A stretch of DNA of 58,581 nucleotides, the filler included, from Sphacelaria rigidula (taxonomy: Eukaryota): NCBI GenBank assembly GCA_964200075.2. It is 4 parts of 4 records of this genome, joined end to end, with 100 filler letters (N's around TTAATTAATTAA, not from the genome) between each part and the next. Parts side by side here need not be neighbours in the genome. Positions count along the whole stretch, not along the records: positions 1 to 14,572 come from CAXNAA020002172.1; positions 14,673 to 29,243 come from CAXNAA020002173.1; 2 more parts are not named here. The stretch is one strand, 5' to 3'. Each line of letters starts with the position of its first letter. Position 1 is the first letter of the stretch. Of this stretch, positions 11,950 to 25,100 are shown in pieces. The notes below the pieces were generated by a model, which saw only the letters and a program-made list of their open reading frames with translations, had not been told where the DNA came from and made no database searches. Position numbers and translations under genes: made by a program.

Positions 11950-13211
11950 CAAACTTTCCTCGACACAACACCGTGGAAGAGCATGCATTGATTTGGTGGG
12001 GAAACTAACTATGCACGAAATCTGCTCACAACACACAAGAATCATTAACATTTCCCCTGTTGGTGCTCGAAGTTTCCAAGTGGACAAAAGGGCACCACAT
12101 GTGGCTTCACTCCTCATGTTGAACCTGGGGTAACAAATGCAAGACGTTCCATTCTATCTTCCCTGCGTTTCATTCATGTCCGTTACGCTATGATTTAGCT
12201 GACGACCAAGACCCACCGCATTTCAAAATCCACACCGCTATCTGTACCGGACATGATTCATTTTGCCAAATTAGCGCAAGCGTGCCCCAAGACACACGAG
12301 GTCGAGTTCAAGCCGGGTGGTGGCTGGCACAGCGTCCCACGTTGATATTACCGCCTGCACAACCACACGCCCACAACCATACCGTGTATGTGCAGTATGC
12401 TACACAATATTTTTGAAAATAAAGCCAGTGCAGGCGTGCAGTCCCATCTAAATCCGACCTAAACAGCCAGAGCACGAGATCCATTGCCTGCTTGAACTGG
12501 TGGTGTGAGCCAATATGACTGTACTGCCCATACAAAGTCCATCGTACCGTGTTCATCTGCTTATACTGTTGCAGCGCAGTCTTGGAGGACACAATAGATA
12601 CAAGCAGGAGTGCTGTCTGATTGATCGCTGCGGCCAAAGAGTACTGCAGGTGACAGGCCAGTCAATATGATCCTATTCAGTGCAGACTGCTTCCTGTAAT
12701 GTTGTGCAGCGAAAGCAACTAAAGTACAGTGAGGATATCTGTACAGTAACAGTACAACAGTAGTGGTGATCAACTTCACACGTATATCGCGTCACCAGTA
12801 CTACGGAATTATGCCATACCGTGTGTACCATCTGTTATTCTGTACCGTGCACTTGTATACTGCTCGTACTATGTTTTGCATCGTACTGCTTTGATACTGT
12901 TGTCTCTGAAGCAGACTTCCGGGATATATTCAATCAAACCTGGCATCTTTCTTGCAGTGCCGCCGGGTTCCCGTCTTCTTCAAGGCAGTAGGGTTCGCGT
13001 CTTCTTCAAGGCAGTAGCTTTCGTCTGTGTGTGTTCCGCCTGCGCTGACTACTGCTGCTGTTGTGTATATAAATCTCACCTCAAAGACAGTATCGAGGAC
13101 TTCAATCGGGACGGTGGGAGGCTTCTCGTCCTGTTGACTGGTGTCTGCCTCATCCCCGGCAATCGCAGTACTGCTACACGCGGAAGCTGCTGCTGCGGCT
13201 GTTGTTTTCAT
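11950..13211 (-). CDS. F-box-like protein, 5' exons (13211-13080, 12643-12459, 12124-~11950); 3' end unresolved
   Basis: ATG 13211; donor gag|GTGAGA; acceptor ctgcAG|tac in phase 0 gives PPTVPIEVLDTVFE|YSLAAAINQTALLLVSIVSSK, an F-box-like motif split by an intron. A phase-2 junction continues in frame into the third exon. Confidence 0.55.
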
Positions 13212-13717
13212 TGCTGGGCGCTTGAGCGATTTCCGATTGGCGTGGTTGAGGTCGTTTCTCAGTTTGGTTGTTTGTTGGCGGCTGCTCTTTTCTGTTTCGC
13301 AGTAGCCTCTCTCTCTTCCATACATGACCTTCGCGCGGAGAGTAGAGTGCTAGTGCGCCTTTCGACGTACCGCCCGATGCAGAGTCAGAGATACAACTGA
13401 TCACGAGAGAAGATGTGTGTATGTCTGTACGGTCGACTGGAATACCTGGGTAGTTCCGACGTTTGTTTGGTGTGGTGGATGGTCTGCAACATCAATTTAG
13501 GTAAAACCTGTTTCTCTAAAATACGCTGACTTTGTTATCCTCCACTGGGAATCAATCTTACACAACCCCATTTAAGCCCCGTGCTTGCCCCATGGCACCT
13601 GGCGTGCCTGGTCAATAGTAAACGCGTTAGAGGTGGATATGCACCGTAGTACAGGTGGAAGTAAACGCTACGGAGTGGAGCGTACAAATCGCTGTGGTAG
13701 TATTGATCGATACAAAT

Positions 13718-14109
13718 ATGTCTGTGTCGGCAGTACCGCAAAGCTGCACACCGACCGAGCCAGAACTCGCACGTATCGTCCCGGTGGGTTTTTCGAGTGT
13801 CGCCACCGCGCCTCCAAGATCAACACCCGCAGCTGCAACTGCATCCACTGCGGAGTATCCAACAAATCACGAATCTTTCCTGCGTCTGGCTTTGTTGCCT
13901 GACGATGCTCTGGCTGTGGTTTTAGGATTTTTGCCATTGGCGATAGACGTCGCTGAAGTCAACAGGGTCTGTCGATCATGGCTGTTAGCGGGCAACCGAG
14001 CACAGCTCTGGAGATCAGTCGGGGAGCAATTTGAAGTTAATATGCCTACTTCGCTGGGACGATCGCGACCGTCCGGCGATGGCAGCAGCGGCGGCAGACG
14101 CATGCTCAG
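13718..14109 (+). CDS. F-box protein, first coding exon (downstream exons not resolved)
   Basis: LLPDDALAVVLGFLPLAIDVAEVNRVCRSWLLAGNRAQLWR fits the F-box consensus (LP.E.L..I..FL....L.....VCR.W........LW). The exon end is uncertain (candidate GC donor cag|GCGAGT at 14110). Confidence 0.8.
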
Positions 14110-14572
14110 GCGAGTGGCAGGCAGTGCAGTTGTGGGTGTGCTATTCAGGCAACGAGAATTTTGCTCGAGCAGTTGAATTTAAACGATCGGCACTGAGTAA
14201 TATGAGAGGGAGTTGTTGTTGCTGTTGTTGTTATTGTTGTTGTCTTCACATTGAAAAGTCGTTCCGGTATCTGCGTAATGCTGTACTGGGCATCTGACTC
14301 GAACGTCTTCCGCGGTCACAGGCTACTATCCCATGTTAGGGTAGAAGGAAAATCAGGACATAAAATCGGACCCACAAAAAAATCATGAGACGCGATACAA
14401 GAAAAACAAAACAAAACTAAAAAAGGTGAAAAGAAAAAGAAGAAGAAACCTATCCTTGGACCTCCGAGAGGATAAACAACCTTTTCGTGAGATTGAGAGT
14501 AGATCTTCGATTGAGAGTGGCTTTGATCATTCGCTTTACGTGAGTCATTTTTTTATCCCACGTGTGCTTTTC

Positions 14573-14672
14573 NNNNNNNNNNNNNNNNNNNNNNNNNNNN
14601 NNNNNNNNNNNNNNNNTTAATTAATTAANNNNNNNNNNNNNNNNNNNNNNNNNNNNNNNNNNNNNNNNNNNN
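14573..14672. other. Assembly gap with artificial TTAATTAATTAA linker
   Basis: N44 + TTAATTAATTAA + N44; stops in all six frames; identical structure at the other two large gaps. Confidence 0.95.
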
Positions 14673-14806
14673 GCTCCGTCCCGGCATTGTAGGGATGCGA
14701 GGTCAATGGTCTGATGACTATGGCATGCATGATCATGAGTACAACATTTGGGCGCCCGTTACGTTCCTTCCATACATGAATTACATTGCCTGTACCGTGG
14801 GGGGGG
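14673..14806. mobile_element. LINE 3' fragment (variant B) joined to an inverted upstream LINE segment
   Basis: Plus strand: gtagggatgcgaggtcaatggtctgatgactatggcatgcatgatcatgagtac. Minus strand 14743-14800 encodes HVWKERNGRPNV, matching NVRKKCNEHRNV of the 45 kb copy. Confidence 0.6.
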
Positions 14807-16576
14807 AGGCGGGGATGCGTTGATCCCTCGAGACCACGGAGTGTCCAACCAACTGTTTCAGCCATCGGTTCTTAACCCTTTTGGAACTCACGATGGAAAA
14901 TTGATCATTTGCGATTGACGGTTTTTGAGCAAGATATGGTTGATGGTTCTCAGCTTAGACGCAACAATTTTGGCCAAACGCGTATTTTTCATACCCGTAC
15001 GAGTGACAAGTGGAACAAAGAGGTTTCCTATTTTCTCGCTGCGACCCGTCGGCGTTTTTTTCTACATTCATGAGCTCCTTTCCCGACCACAGTGCGCGGC
15101 AGGCCTCTGTGAAGCATGGTTCCCACGTGACCTGCACGCCCTGCCCGCTGCCCTTTATACTCTTTGCAGTGTCATAGCAACAAGGGCAACGCCGATGGCA
15201 CATTCGCTAAATGTATCAACTGGCGATGTAATACAATCCCAGGCAGTCACCTTTCCGTGCCGCCGGGGGTGCCGCGACACTGCCCTGTACAGTACTGGGT
15301 GTGTTTACAGCGGCTTGGGGTAATCTCGACTGCAGACTCACGTCATGCGCAACATCGCGCTCATGCACGTTTCGACAGCACCATATCGCCCTTTGAAAAA
15401 TGGGTAAAGGTGACGCAGACGCCATGTGTCATGCAGTTATGCACCGTCACTGTGATGTAGAGTCTGCCAAGTGCCGTCGCCCCAGGGGTGATACCTTACT
15501 GCTTTGTGTCATGTCTGTATTATACTTTGAAAATATCTCTGTGAAACGCGGGGCATGCACAGAACTGCGCTCTGCCAAGTACGTGCCGACAACATCATAC
15601 TTCGGGCTGACTATTACAAAACGGCGTAGCGGAAGGCACAGTTGCCCCACCACATCTATACCGCGGGTTGATCGTTCCCGACCGTTGCACAGACATACTT
15701 CATGCTGCATGAGATTCATGACGCCGGCTACCGCTATCGTCTCGTGCCGTCTACTCTCGGACCCGACTTTTCACGACATGCCCATATTTATCATGCACGG
15801 AGTGTAGCCGCAAGTCAATATTGTAACCTACTGTATTTACTGACTGTAGTGCTTTTCATCTGGCCTGATTACTGTAGGTGGTGTCCGTTGGCTCCCTTCC
15901 GTGTACATGTATATCGCCTGTTCGGACGCCTGCGATTACGCCCGCCATGTACCGCCCGCACAACGCACTGTGCCTTCCACATGTGGTGACGGGATTTCGC
16001 TGGGTTCAGCCATACTATGCTGTATGTACGGTGTGGCTTGGCAAACTCGCCACCCGATGCTGCAGCCCGTCAAAGCGGTGCTCCCCTTATGTACAAATGC
16101 TAATATACAAACGTGCCAGGTTGGACCCTGGAGCCCATTGATTGATATTTGTTTTAATGGAATGTTTCATAGTGGTTTTGCTAATTATTGTCGATGGATA
16201 TAATTGGACACACTTCATCCGTTGCGTGGTATGATTGGACAGACCTTGCCCAAGTTCTCCAGGGAGGACATTCTTCTTCGAGCTTCCATCATAAAAATGG
16301 TTGCCGTCGGCCTATTCTGTTTCCATGTTTTCCTATTCGTCAGAGCTTCTCATAATAAGGCGTTTGGCCAGGGGACAGGAGTGGAGGGTTCCAAAAGGGT
16401 TAAAGTACTTTTGATTTGAGTAGGGTTTCCATTTCACGGTCTCAAAGTTTTCTCGTTCCGGAGTACGGACAACGGCGTGGCTCGGCTACTCACCGGCGTG
16501 TATTTATCAAAGCTACAATCGGACCGAATGGTTTTCCCAAAGAAGTTAGGGTGATCCAGTGGTGCATCAATTTTGC

Positions 16577-17700
16577 AGGTGCATGGGTACTGTCGCACGT
16601 CGGAACGCGGACCGCCTCCCGCACGAGGAGCAGCAGCAGCAGTAGAAGTAGCAGCAGCAGCAGAAGCAGCAGCAGCAGTATCTTTATTGCCAGTAAATGT
16701 ATACGGCTGGGGGTGGGTCTGAATCAGCCGGTGCCGATACTGCCGCTGCTGCCGTTCTTCCTCATGCGAGAGACGGTCCGCGTTCCAATCGTGCTACAAC
16801 GCCCACGCACCTCGCGTGTGATAGCCACCATGCCGGAAAGCGCTGGTCCGTCCAGCCCGCTGATAAGTCAATGAGTCCTCACCAGGCTAAGTGCTGAAAG
16901 ATACAGCTGTGCGCATCTCTCTGTGTGAGCTGGGCACATCGGGTGTGTCTCGCACGCGTGACGACTGCTGGTCATGGCGTTGAAAGAATAAAGTCAGCAT
17001 CCAATACAGGGGAAACCAAGTGATATGTACTCGTAATGAAATGCTACAACTGTGAACCAACCGCATCGTGAGGCATTCGGCGGTACTACCTGCTCACTGC
17101 ACAGCGGTAGGGTGCAGGGTGACAAAGCACACCGCAGGACGTGACATCCTTCACCTACTCCTGTTTTGCGTTGATTTTGCGTTGTCCTATGCAGTTCGCC
17201 ACAACATCATGAACGCAGCCGCTTGTACCTGCGGCAAACTTGTAGGCGGGATATCACGTCACGCGCTACAACAGTATATATATATAGAGAGACGGTCCAC
17301 GTTTCGATCGTGCTACAACGCGCACGCCCCTTGCACGTGACAGCCACCGTGCTGGAAAGCGCGGGCCCGTACTACCCGTCAATAGGTCTATGCTTGCTCA
17401 CTACGCTAAGTGCTGGGAGATATAGCTGCGCGCATCTCTGTGTGCGAGCTGTGCACGTCGGGTGTGTCTCGCACGCGTGGCTGCTGCTGGTGATAGGAAC
17501 GAAGCCAGCGTCCAATACTTGAAAATAGGGGGAAACAAGTGATATGTACTCGTACTACTGAAAATGATACTACTGTACGCGGGTGACAACACGCAAACAG
17601 ATCGTAGTCTACTTTAAATACTACTGTAGTAGGGGGGAATTATGCGCCAGGTGCATGGGTACTGTCGTACGTCGGAACGAGGACCGCCTCCCGCATGAGG

Positions 17701-17731
<31 letters not shown>

Positions 17732-18000
17732 GCAGCAGCAGTATCTTTATTGCCAGTAAATGTGTACGGCTGGGGGTGGGTCTGAATCAGCTGGTGCCGA
17801 TACTGCTGCTGCTGCCGCTGCTGCTGCCGTTCTTCCTCATGCGACAGACGGTCCGCGTTCCAATCGTGCTACAACGCCCACGCACCTTGCGTGTGATAGC
17901 CACCATGCCGGAAAGCGCTGGTCCGTACAGCCCGCTGATAAGTCAATGAGTCCTCACCAGGCTAAGTACTAGAAGACATAGCTGTGCGCATCTCTCTGTG
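16577..18000 (+). repeat. Local duplicated repeat: 16577-~17050, ~17285-17580 (diverged, partial) and 17649-18000
   Basis: caggtgcatgggtactgtcg...(CAG)n...tatctttattgccagtaaatgt...gctgtgcgcatctctctgtg is near-identical in the first and third copies. Confidence 0.85.
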
Positions 18001-21000
18001 CGCCTTTGATATATTTGGTTGGCATGTATCGATGGACTAGATCTTGTAGGATTGCGGGGTATCAGTTTTGGAGAAAATCAAAGTTGAACATCGAGCGTGC
18101 GGGGGTGCTATCCACCGAAACCGGAGCTAAGTCCTATGTTACACGTGCATCGGGCCAGAACCCACAACCAACAGTTGGGCAGTGAAAAACAGTGCGGCGT
18201 CACAGGCAGTTGAATAGTACGCACTATTGTTTTTTGTGGTTCTGCACTGCACTACTCTGTACAGTGTAGGGCACCCCGGATAGCAGCTGCTGCCGTTAAG
18301 TGCAGTTGTAGGTTTGATGTTTGTGTGAGGGGGTGTTAAAGAACGCCGTAAAGTTGCACCTCGAACAATAAGAAACGGGCGCTCGTGAGGTGTTCTCATA
18401 CTCTACCAACAATCCGCAGGCTCACCCCTCAGAAGAATTTGTGGTAAGAGAGAGAGTAATCTTCGCGTGTTTACTCCAGTACCTCATTCTTTGCTGTTGC
18501 CGCCATGAAAATACGATTCGCAACCCTTCACCCCGATACTGGAACGCTGGCTCCTGAACTCTTCACTTTACTGACTGTAATCTATGTTGTTCAAAAATAG
18601 ACACTGTATATCCTCACCCCGCTTGGTGGTACGGAAGTGAGCAGATTTGCAGCGGCAACTGGTGTGTGTCCAGGTGCCCCTTGGAGCAGGAAATCGTCGA
18701 GATATTCACCTGCAAACTCTGCTCCAGTGCTCTGTAAGTTGACATCGCTAGAAGGACACTACCATAACCACCTCGCCGGCTGCCAGACTGTCACAGACTC
18801 TCAGAACGTAGGATCCGCCAGCATTGCTACTTTCTGTACGGGGATGTTGCCCCCTTGTCAGGTACGTTTTGGAGCATGATACTAGATAGATGAAGATCAC
18901 CCTTCCTTGTACACTAGCACCAAACCCTGGGGGTTCTCACTCAGGACTTCGATTTGGGAGATCATACTAGGTAGACAGCGGCAACTGCTGTGTGTCCAGG
19001 TGCCCCTTGGAGCAGGATGCGTTTAATGATCATTGACGAAGTTATCCCCCCAAAACCGAAATCGATGAGGGTTTTAGACTGGAAAAGCCTAGCAAAACAA
19101 CTATCGCAAGGATTCGATCGCAAGAATCACGAGGAAAAAACGGAGTCGCAAAACACCTCTTTGTCGAATTATTGCCCGCAGCACAAACCAACTTCCCTTT
19201 GTGAAATTGGAAAAATTAGGGACATTCATCACAGCTTACGGAGGAGCTGATGAAGGTACACGTCTGCACCCCTCGCCCCTCTGCGATCAGTGTGTGTCTT
19301 TCCCTCTCTTATGCCGGTGGTGTTTAACGTGATGAAAAGAAGATATCTACATAACTTCGTTTGATCGATTCCCATCTCGACAACTGGAGTTGTGCGAGCT
19401 ACCTTCTACTTTCTGGTGAAGCAGTCGTTGCTACTTGAACCAGTGTGTGCTCGAAGTATTCTGACAAGAGAAACGTTCCAACAGAAAATAGTGTTAGAGT
19501 ACCCCCTCCCGAAACGGTCTGTTATTTTTGTGCTGTGGCGGTTTTGTGTTGTTTCGTGCTTGCTGATCATGACTGGAGATAACGATCTACCCCACTCGGC
19601 TGCATGACGGTATATAACACCCCCATATATCTAAACCGACAGGCATCCACATTGTATAGCCATACGTATAGCGCATACCACCGCGCTAACTCTGTAGTAT
19701 ATAGATCACTTCAAGTATCTGCACGGTATGGTGCTGTCCTGGACGGTATTTTACAGTCCAGTACAGCACCATACCGTGCGTATTGTTGCGAGGATGTCCC
19801 TGCTATATCTTGTTCTTCTTATTGTTTTTGCCTTGGTGTGTCATCTGGTAAGCACGGGACTACGGTTTTTCAGGTCTCTAACGTACACGGTGGCAAGGCG
19901 TATGCCGTAGTCGCACCATTACCACAGCTGAGTACAGCCGTGTGGACATACACTCGCAGTCAGTGTATGGGATTTGCAAGCAGCACATGCTGTTGGAAAT
20001 TCCCTTATTGCCCCAAGTGACATGTGAACCGGGGGGCAAAAGGATGGGTTTTCAACAATTTCTTGTGCCTCTCGAATCTAATTGCCGATTACGGTAGAGT
20101 ATGTGGGACTTGCACAGCTGAGGCTGTTCACAATAAGTTCTTTTTTTGCCCGGTTTCAGGATGAATTGGCGGGCAAAGCGAGGATTTATTTCGAAGAGCT
20201 TCTGCTGTACAAATTCCAAACCTGCCAGTGTATGGGGTTTACACAGCAGAAGCGTTTCGAAATGTATCCTCTTTTTGCTAAATGTTGGAAATTGGGGAGA
20301 AGAGGATATATTAATAACAGCTTCTTCTGCTATATATGTAATTGTACATATCCTGTAAGACATGACTTGGAATTTTGAAGCTGGGAGTGCCTCCACAGGG
20401 TTGCTCGCGGTGAGTGTGCCAAGAAAAACGCCATACAAAAGTGCTAGTAGAGGTAGTAGGGTTTGCAAATGCTGCACAGGGTTCAGCAACCCTGAGCAGC
20501 ACGTCCTACAGGGTCTTATCTGTCCACGTTTGCACTTTCTTGTAAGTACTGCGTGCCCACCGATTGCCTACCTCCTGCCAAAGGGTTTTTCGTAGAACGA
20601 TAAAAAATCATTTTTGTCAAAAGCACAAACAAACCCCTGACTAGATCTGGGGTATTTGGACCAGCTTGCCGAAGAGAAATCTGACACGGGCTGTCCATAG
20701 AAGGTAGTGTGGTTTATGAAAGTGCGTAAGCCTCATGACACTAGTCTCCGGAAGAAATCCCCTGCACATTCGGAAGCCATATCTCACATCGCTTTGAAGA
20801 GTTGGGAGGCGATTTGTTACACGCGTGTTGGTGAAGGAAAGTCCGAGGTTGTCACTGACAAGCAGTGAAAGTTTCCCTTAGCTTCATTAGTTTCTTGGGA
20901 TCCCCGATTAAAATCTACTGATTTGTGGGGAAGGAGATCCCTTAAACGGGTAAAACCAGCCAATTTTGTAGAAGGGAACCCCAAGAACCGGTGGAATCGA

Positions 21001-21100
21001 TAAGCGGTGTAATGGTTGTGCAGATACCGGCGACCACGCGGGCTTCATGCTGGAACATTTGCGTAGATTTTCTTTCCTCACTGATGAACAGCCTAGGAAA

Positions 21101-21431
21101 CACACGCGGCCATTTGGCTACCCCCAAAATTCCTCCAGGGCGGTCAACGTTTCGAGCCTCCAGGAAATCAACCGCCTCCGGAGGCGTGCGCCGCCCTCCA
21201 GAGGAATATTTCTTGGTTTTGCCCAGAGGGAATAAATGCCTCCGGAGGCTTGTAATTGCCTCTGGAGGGCAGCGCATCTCTGCAGGGGTATTTTGCCCTC
21301 CCCGAATTCCGCCGGAGGGGTGCGCGGCTCAGCGCGGTAGTGTTTGGTTTCCTCCAGAGGGATTAAACGCCTCCGGAGGGTCGCGCATCTCTCCGGAAGC
21401 ATTTTTAGGGGTAGCCAAAAGGCCGCGTGTG
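21101..21431. mobile_element. MITE with CAC...GTG ends and palindromic subterminal repeats (CACTA/EnSpm-like)
   Basis: 29-bp TIR cacacgcggccatttggctacccccaaaa / ttttaggggtagccaaaaggccgcgtgtg; many CCTCCRGAGG motifs inside; AA on both flanks. Confidence 0.7.
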
Positions 21432-22117
21432 AATAGAGGGAATGGGAGTCGATATTGTACGGCAAGATGGTGGGATTGCCGCAAGGAAATCGCCCTCCTT
21501 CACCTACCGGCGACACTACATTCTGGCTCAACCAGTCTGACCTCATCTGAGCTCGGGTCCTCAACATTGTGCAGGCCACGTACCGCGCTGCGCCCTTGTC
21601 GTGGCTTTGAGTCGGATGAACCAGACTGTTCGCAGTGCACATTCACGGCGAAAGCATGCGGCGCATCTACGAGAACACCGCCCCAAAGCAGTCGCGTCAT
21701 TCGCTTTTCAGGGATTAACGCACACCAAATCCTAAACCTTTTTAGAACCTCCGGTTTCGCTAGACCCCACAGTAAAGCCCCACCACGGTCTGGCACTGAC
21801 AAATAATGTCATCCATACACACTGAAGATTATTTACATACCCTGTTTGTCTAGAAAAGTCGGCCGACAAAGCTTTGGGTTTCTCCCGCGTACTAACCTAT
21901 ATACAACATGAGTCAGGTCCTACATACACCTTGGCGGCATGTTTCAAGCTGCACCGCCCTCAAGAGCCTGTGTTGAACGTGACACGTTGGGAGGTATAGG
22001 TCTCGTGAGGCAATCTCCACCAGCTGCCACCCGTGTAGGAGAACATTGGTGCACCCCTCGGGTTCAACACACCAGATACTCATCTTTCTAGGTACCAGCC
22101 AGAGAAGTATGAATTGA

Positions 22118-25100
22118 TCAAGGTAGCCCATAGTACTTATCCGAAGCTTTGTCGTAGTAGCAATTCAAAACTGGATCAAACAGCAGCTCTTCCCCCCCCG
22201 CCGCCTTCCCACCCCTCATTCCTTGGTCCATTTGCTTCCTCGGTTCACCCCGCCTCTCCTGGTCGAATACGCGTCGACAATCAGCACCCTCCACTACGTT
22301 TTCTTGCGACACATTCATCATTGCTCCTGGCGTTGCTTCTGATGATGCTCGGCAAATAACCCCTGATGTTGCTATTCGTGTTACCCCCTGTCGCAACCCA
22401 TCTGGCGACCCAAAGACCACCGGATCATTCCCCTCACCCCCGCGGCTCTGGTCACTACGACGATCCTGATCGTGATTGTATCTCGGATGAACCGTCTCTC
22501 TTTGTGTGTGGCTTGCCAGTTGTTGCCCTCTTGGTGAGGGTAATCCAGGTGGATCATATTCCCGGTGTGGTTTCGTGGGCCTCAATTTGTCGTCCACACT
22601 GATACCAGATATGCAATGGACGACGTCTCCCCTCGTGTGTTGCACAACCGTCACCGGTGATGTCAGTGGTGGAGAAACTTGGCGTTTCCTGAGTGGCGCA
22701 GGTCGTGAGCCACTTCCACCTGGAGATTGACTGCTGAGAACACAACATACGCGAAAAATGCCACGAACCGTATTTCTCAAAGGAGCTCGGGCATATTCCC
22801 CACAGTATCCATATTCTCAGCTCTTGCCATAAAGAACGTCGTTGTGGGCACTCACTGCCGCTGGGCATCCAACTCGGGTGAGTATCCCATTTTGGGAATT
22901 TTGTCATCCTCACTCCAAGACCAGCACAATTGTGGAGTACGCATTCATACTCAAACATGGCTTTACGTACTGTTCTCCCAGGCACTGGGTATTCCCTTCG
23001 TGCGTATTTCTGTCAGCCGCTTGAAATAGAACTTCAAAAACATGAAATGGAAACTACGCAGGGCGTTCATGACGGTAAGTTACCGTGTGCGTGAATAGAT
23101 GAAAGCATTGGGATGCACAACTAGCAACGTTTATCCCTCTCACTTTTGGCGCCTACCATAAGTTGAAGGTTTCACCAGGTACTCATCGAGATATTAGAAT
23201 CTAGATTTCATCGTTGACAAGCCCATTTCGGTCCCTGCGGTCGTGAGCAGGACGCCATAATCGGAGCAAGATCAACCCAAAACAAGGGATCACTGGGAGG
23301 AAGTTTCAGCGTCACGCGTGATGGCTAAAGACCCAAACGATCTATGCTTCCGAAACCCACACGCACATCAAGAGCGCGTACCTGAGATCGACAGATCCGA
23401 ACTCGAACTGGTAAGAGGACTCCAAATCCACCAAAGCCAGCTCCTGTTTCTGTAGTGGAAAAACGGGAAAATAAAATATGAAAGCAATGTTGGTACCTAA
23501 CTGCATATAACTGGCTCGTACCATACGACTCAACCCTTGTGGCTTGATTCCCGCGTTGCACCCCAGGTACCCCCAGACACGTGGAATAGCGCATATTTTT
23601 CGCAGACTATTTTGACCCACGGCCATTTGCTCCTCTTTCGAACAATCAGGCCGCAGAAAACGTAGATCTGGTGATTCGAATTGGCGATGATTCGCCCGAT
23701 CCTTGGATTTTTTGCCTAGTATTTCACCTCTAGTTCTTCGAGCTCTTTCCGTCGAGTCCGGCCTGCCATCAAACGTTCTCCAGCACCGCCTCTCTCCACT
23801 TTGGCGCTATTATCACCCCCTTCGCCTGTTGGCTTTGCTTTGTCGCGGGCCTGCCCGTAGCCCCCACAGCGGGTAGCGGTATTCAAAGCCAACGCGAGCT
23901 CTTCACCCTCGTCAGAGCCGCCAACAGTACACGGAAAGACCGCCACTACTACCTTCGCCGCAGGAGACTCTTCAGAGGGATGGTTATCGTCTAATCTGTC
24001 AATATTGTTGTCATGTTGAGTTCTACCCATCGCTGTTGGTGGTGGTGAAGATTGCCGACCGTCGTTGGCAAGACCACGAGGCGTGCAACGTGCTACGCCG
24101 GCCGGAGGCGCAGAGCCGGACGGAGAGTCATTGGCTTGACCACCCGCAACCGCGATCTTACCTGTTTTGGTACACCTCAGCGATTTCTCCCGAGAAGGGA
24201 GCCGAAATGATGTCCGCGTCGGTGTCAGGGGAGATGGCGAATTGGCGATGTCATGGCGTGTACGACGAAGGGAACTGTCACTGTCTTTGTCTTCAACGCA
24301 TCCGTTCCGGTGCTCATCTCCCCGCGAGAGATTGCCATGTATTTCTCCTTTTTCAATAGTATGCGTGGTAACAGGTCGATCAGTAGACGATCCTTGCGAC
24401 GGCAAATCACCACTAGAGTCAGCAGCATCGCCAACGTGTGGAGCTTCACTGACGTCAACTTGCCCAGCCTCAGCACCGCTCGCCATAAAGTCGTCTGTAC
24501 AGACTCCCTCGCTCCCGGTGGTAAAGAAAGTAGTGACAATAGCTGTGTCAACGCTGTTGTTCAGGACGAGATGCTCGAGAGCATCTGTAGCCGCATCCTC
24601 CTCACCCTGCTTCTTGGCTCCACCTGCACCCTTCTCGGAACCTCTTGAACCTATCTCGCTGGTTGTAGCAGACAATCTCACGCTCTCACCCCCGCTGCCG
24701 TGTATTGCCCCGACCTCTGGCTTCTCAAGAGCCCCGACGGCGGTATGTGCTTTTCCTGCCGCAACTTCGGAGCTCAACCGCTCGTTTTGCCCATGGACGC
24801 TTGGTGCTGACGCTGCTAGCAACGTCTGCAGCACATCAGTACGCGCCGTCGGAGACACAGCTTGCCGCACAGGAGTTGCCGTTTCCGTTGCTGCGCAAGT
24901 CGGGTTGAGGTCAGGGCGTTGCTTGCGCGAAGACGCACAATGTACAGAGCCGTGATTTCGTCCGTCCCGTCCTTCTTCGCCTCGCCCCCGTCCCCCGCCG
25001 CTCCCTTGTTCTCTGTCGTCCACGTCTAATCCTGAACGGGGTAGCCACGCAGAGTTAAATGGACACCCGGGGGAGACAACCGATGCTAGCCCAATCGACA

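Noticed and set aside
14617-14628. TTAATTAATTAA motif repeated three times in the window
   Set aside because: It is always centred in 88 Ns, so it is an artificial all-frame-stop contig linker, not biology.
20354-20740. Possible solo LTR (TG...CA ends); likewise 30473-30787
   Set aside because: No TSD and no second copy in the window, so the evidence is insufficient.
20991-21806. 271-aa ORF
   Set aside because: It reads through a palindromic MITE (21101-21431) and has no recognisable domain.
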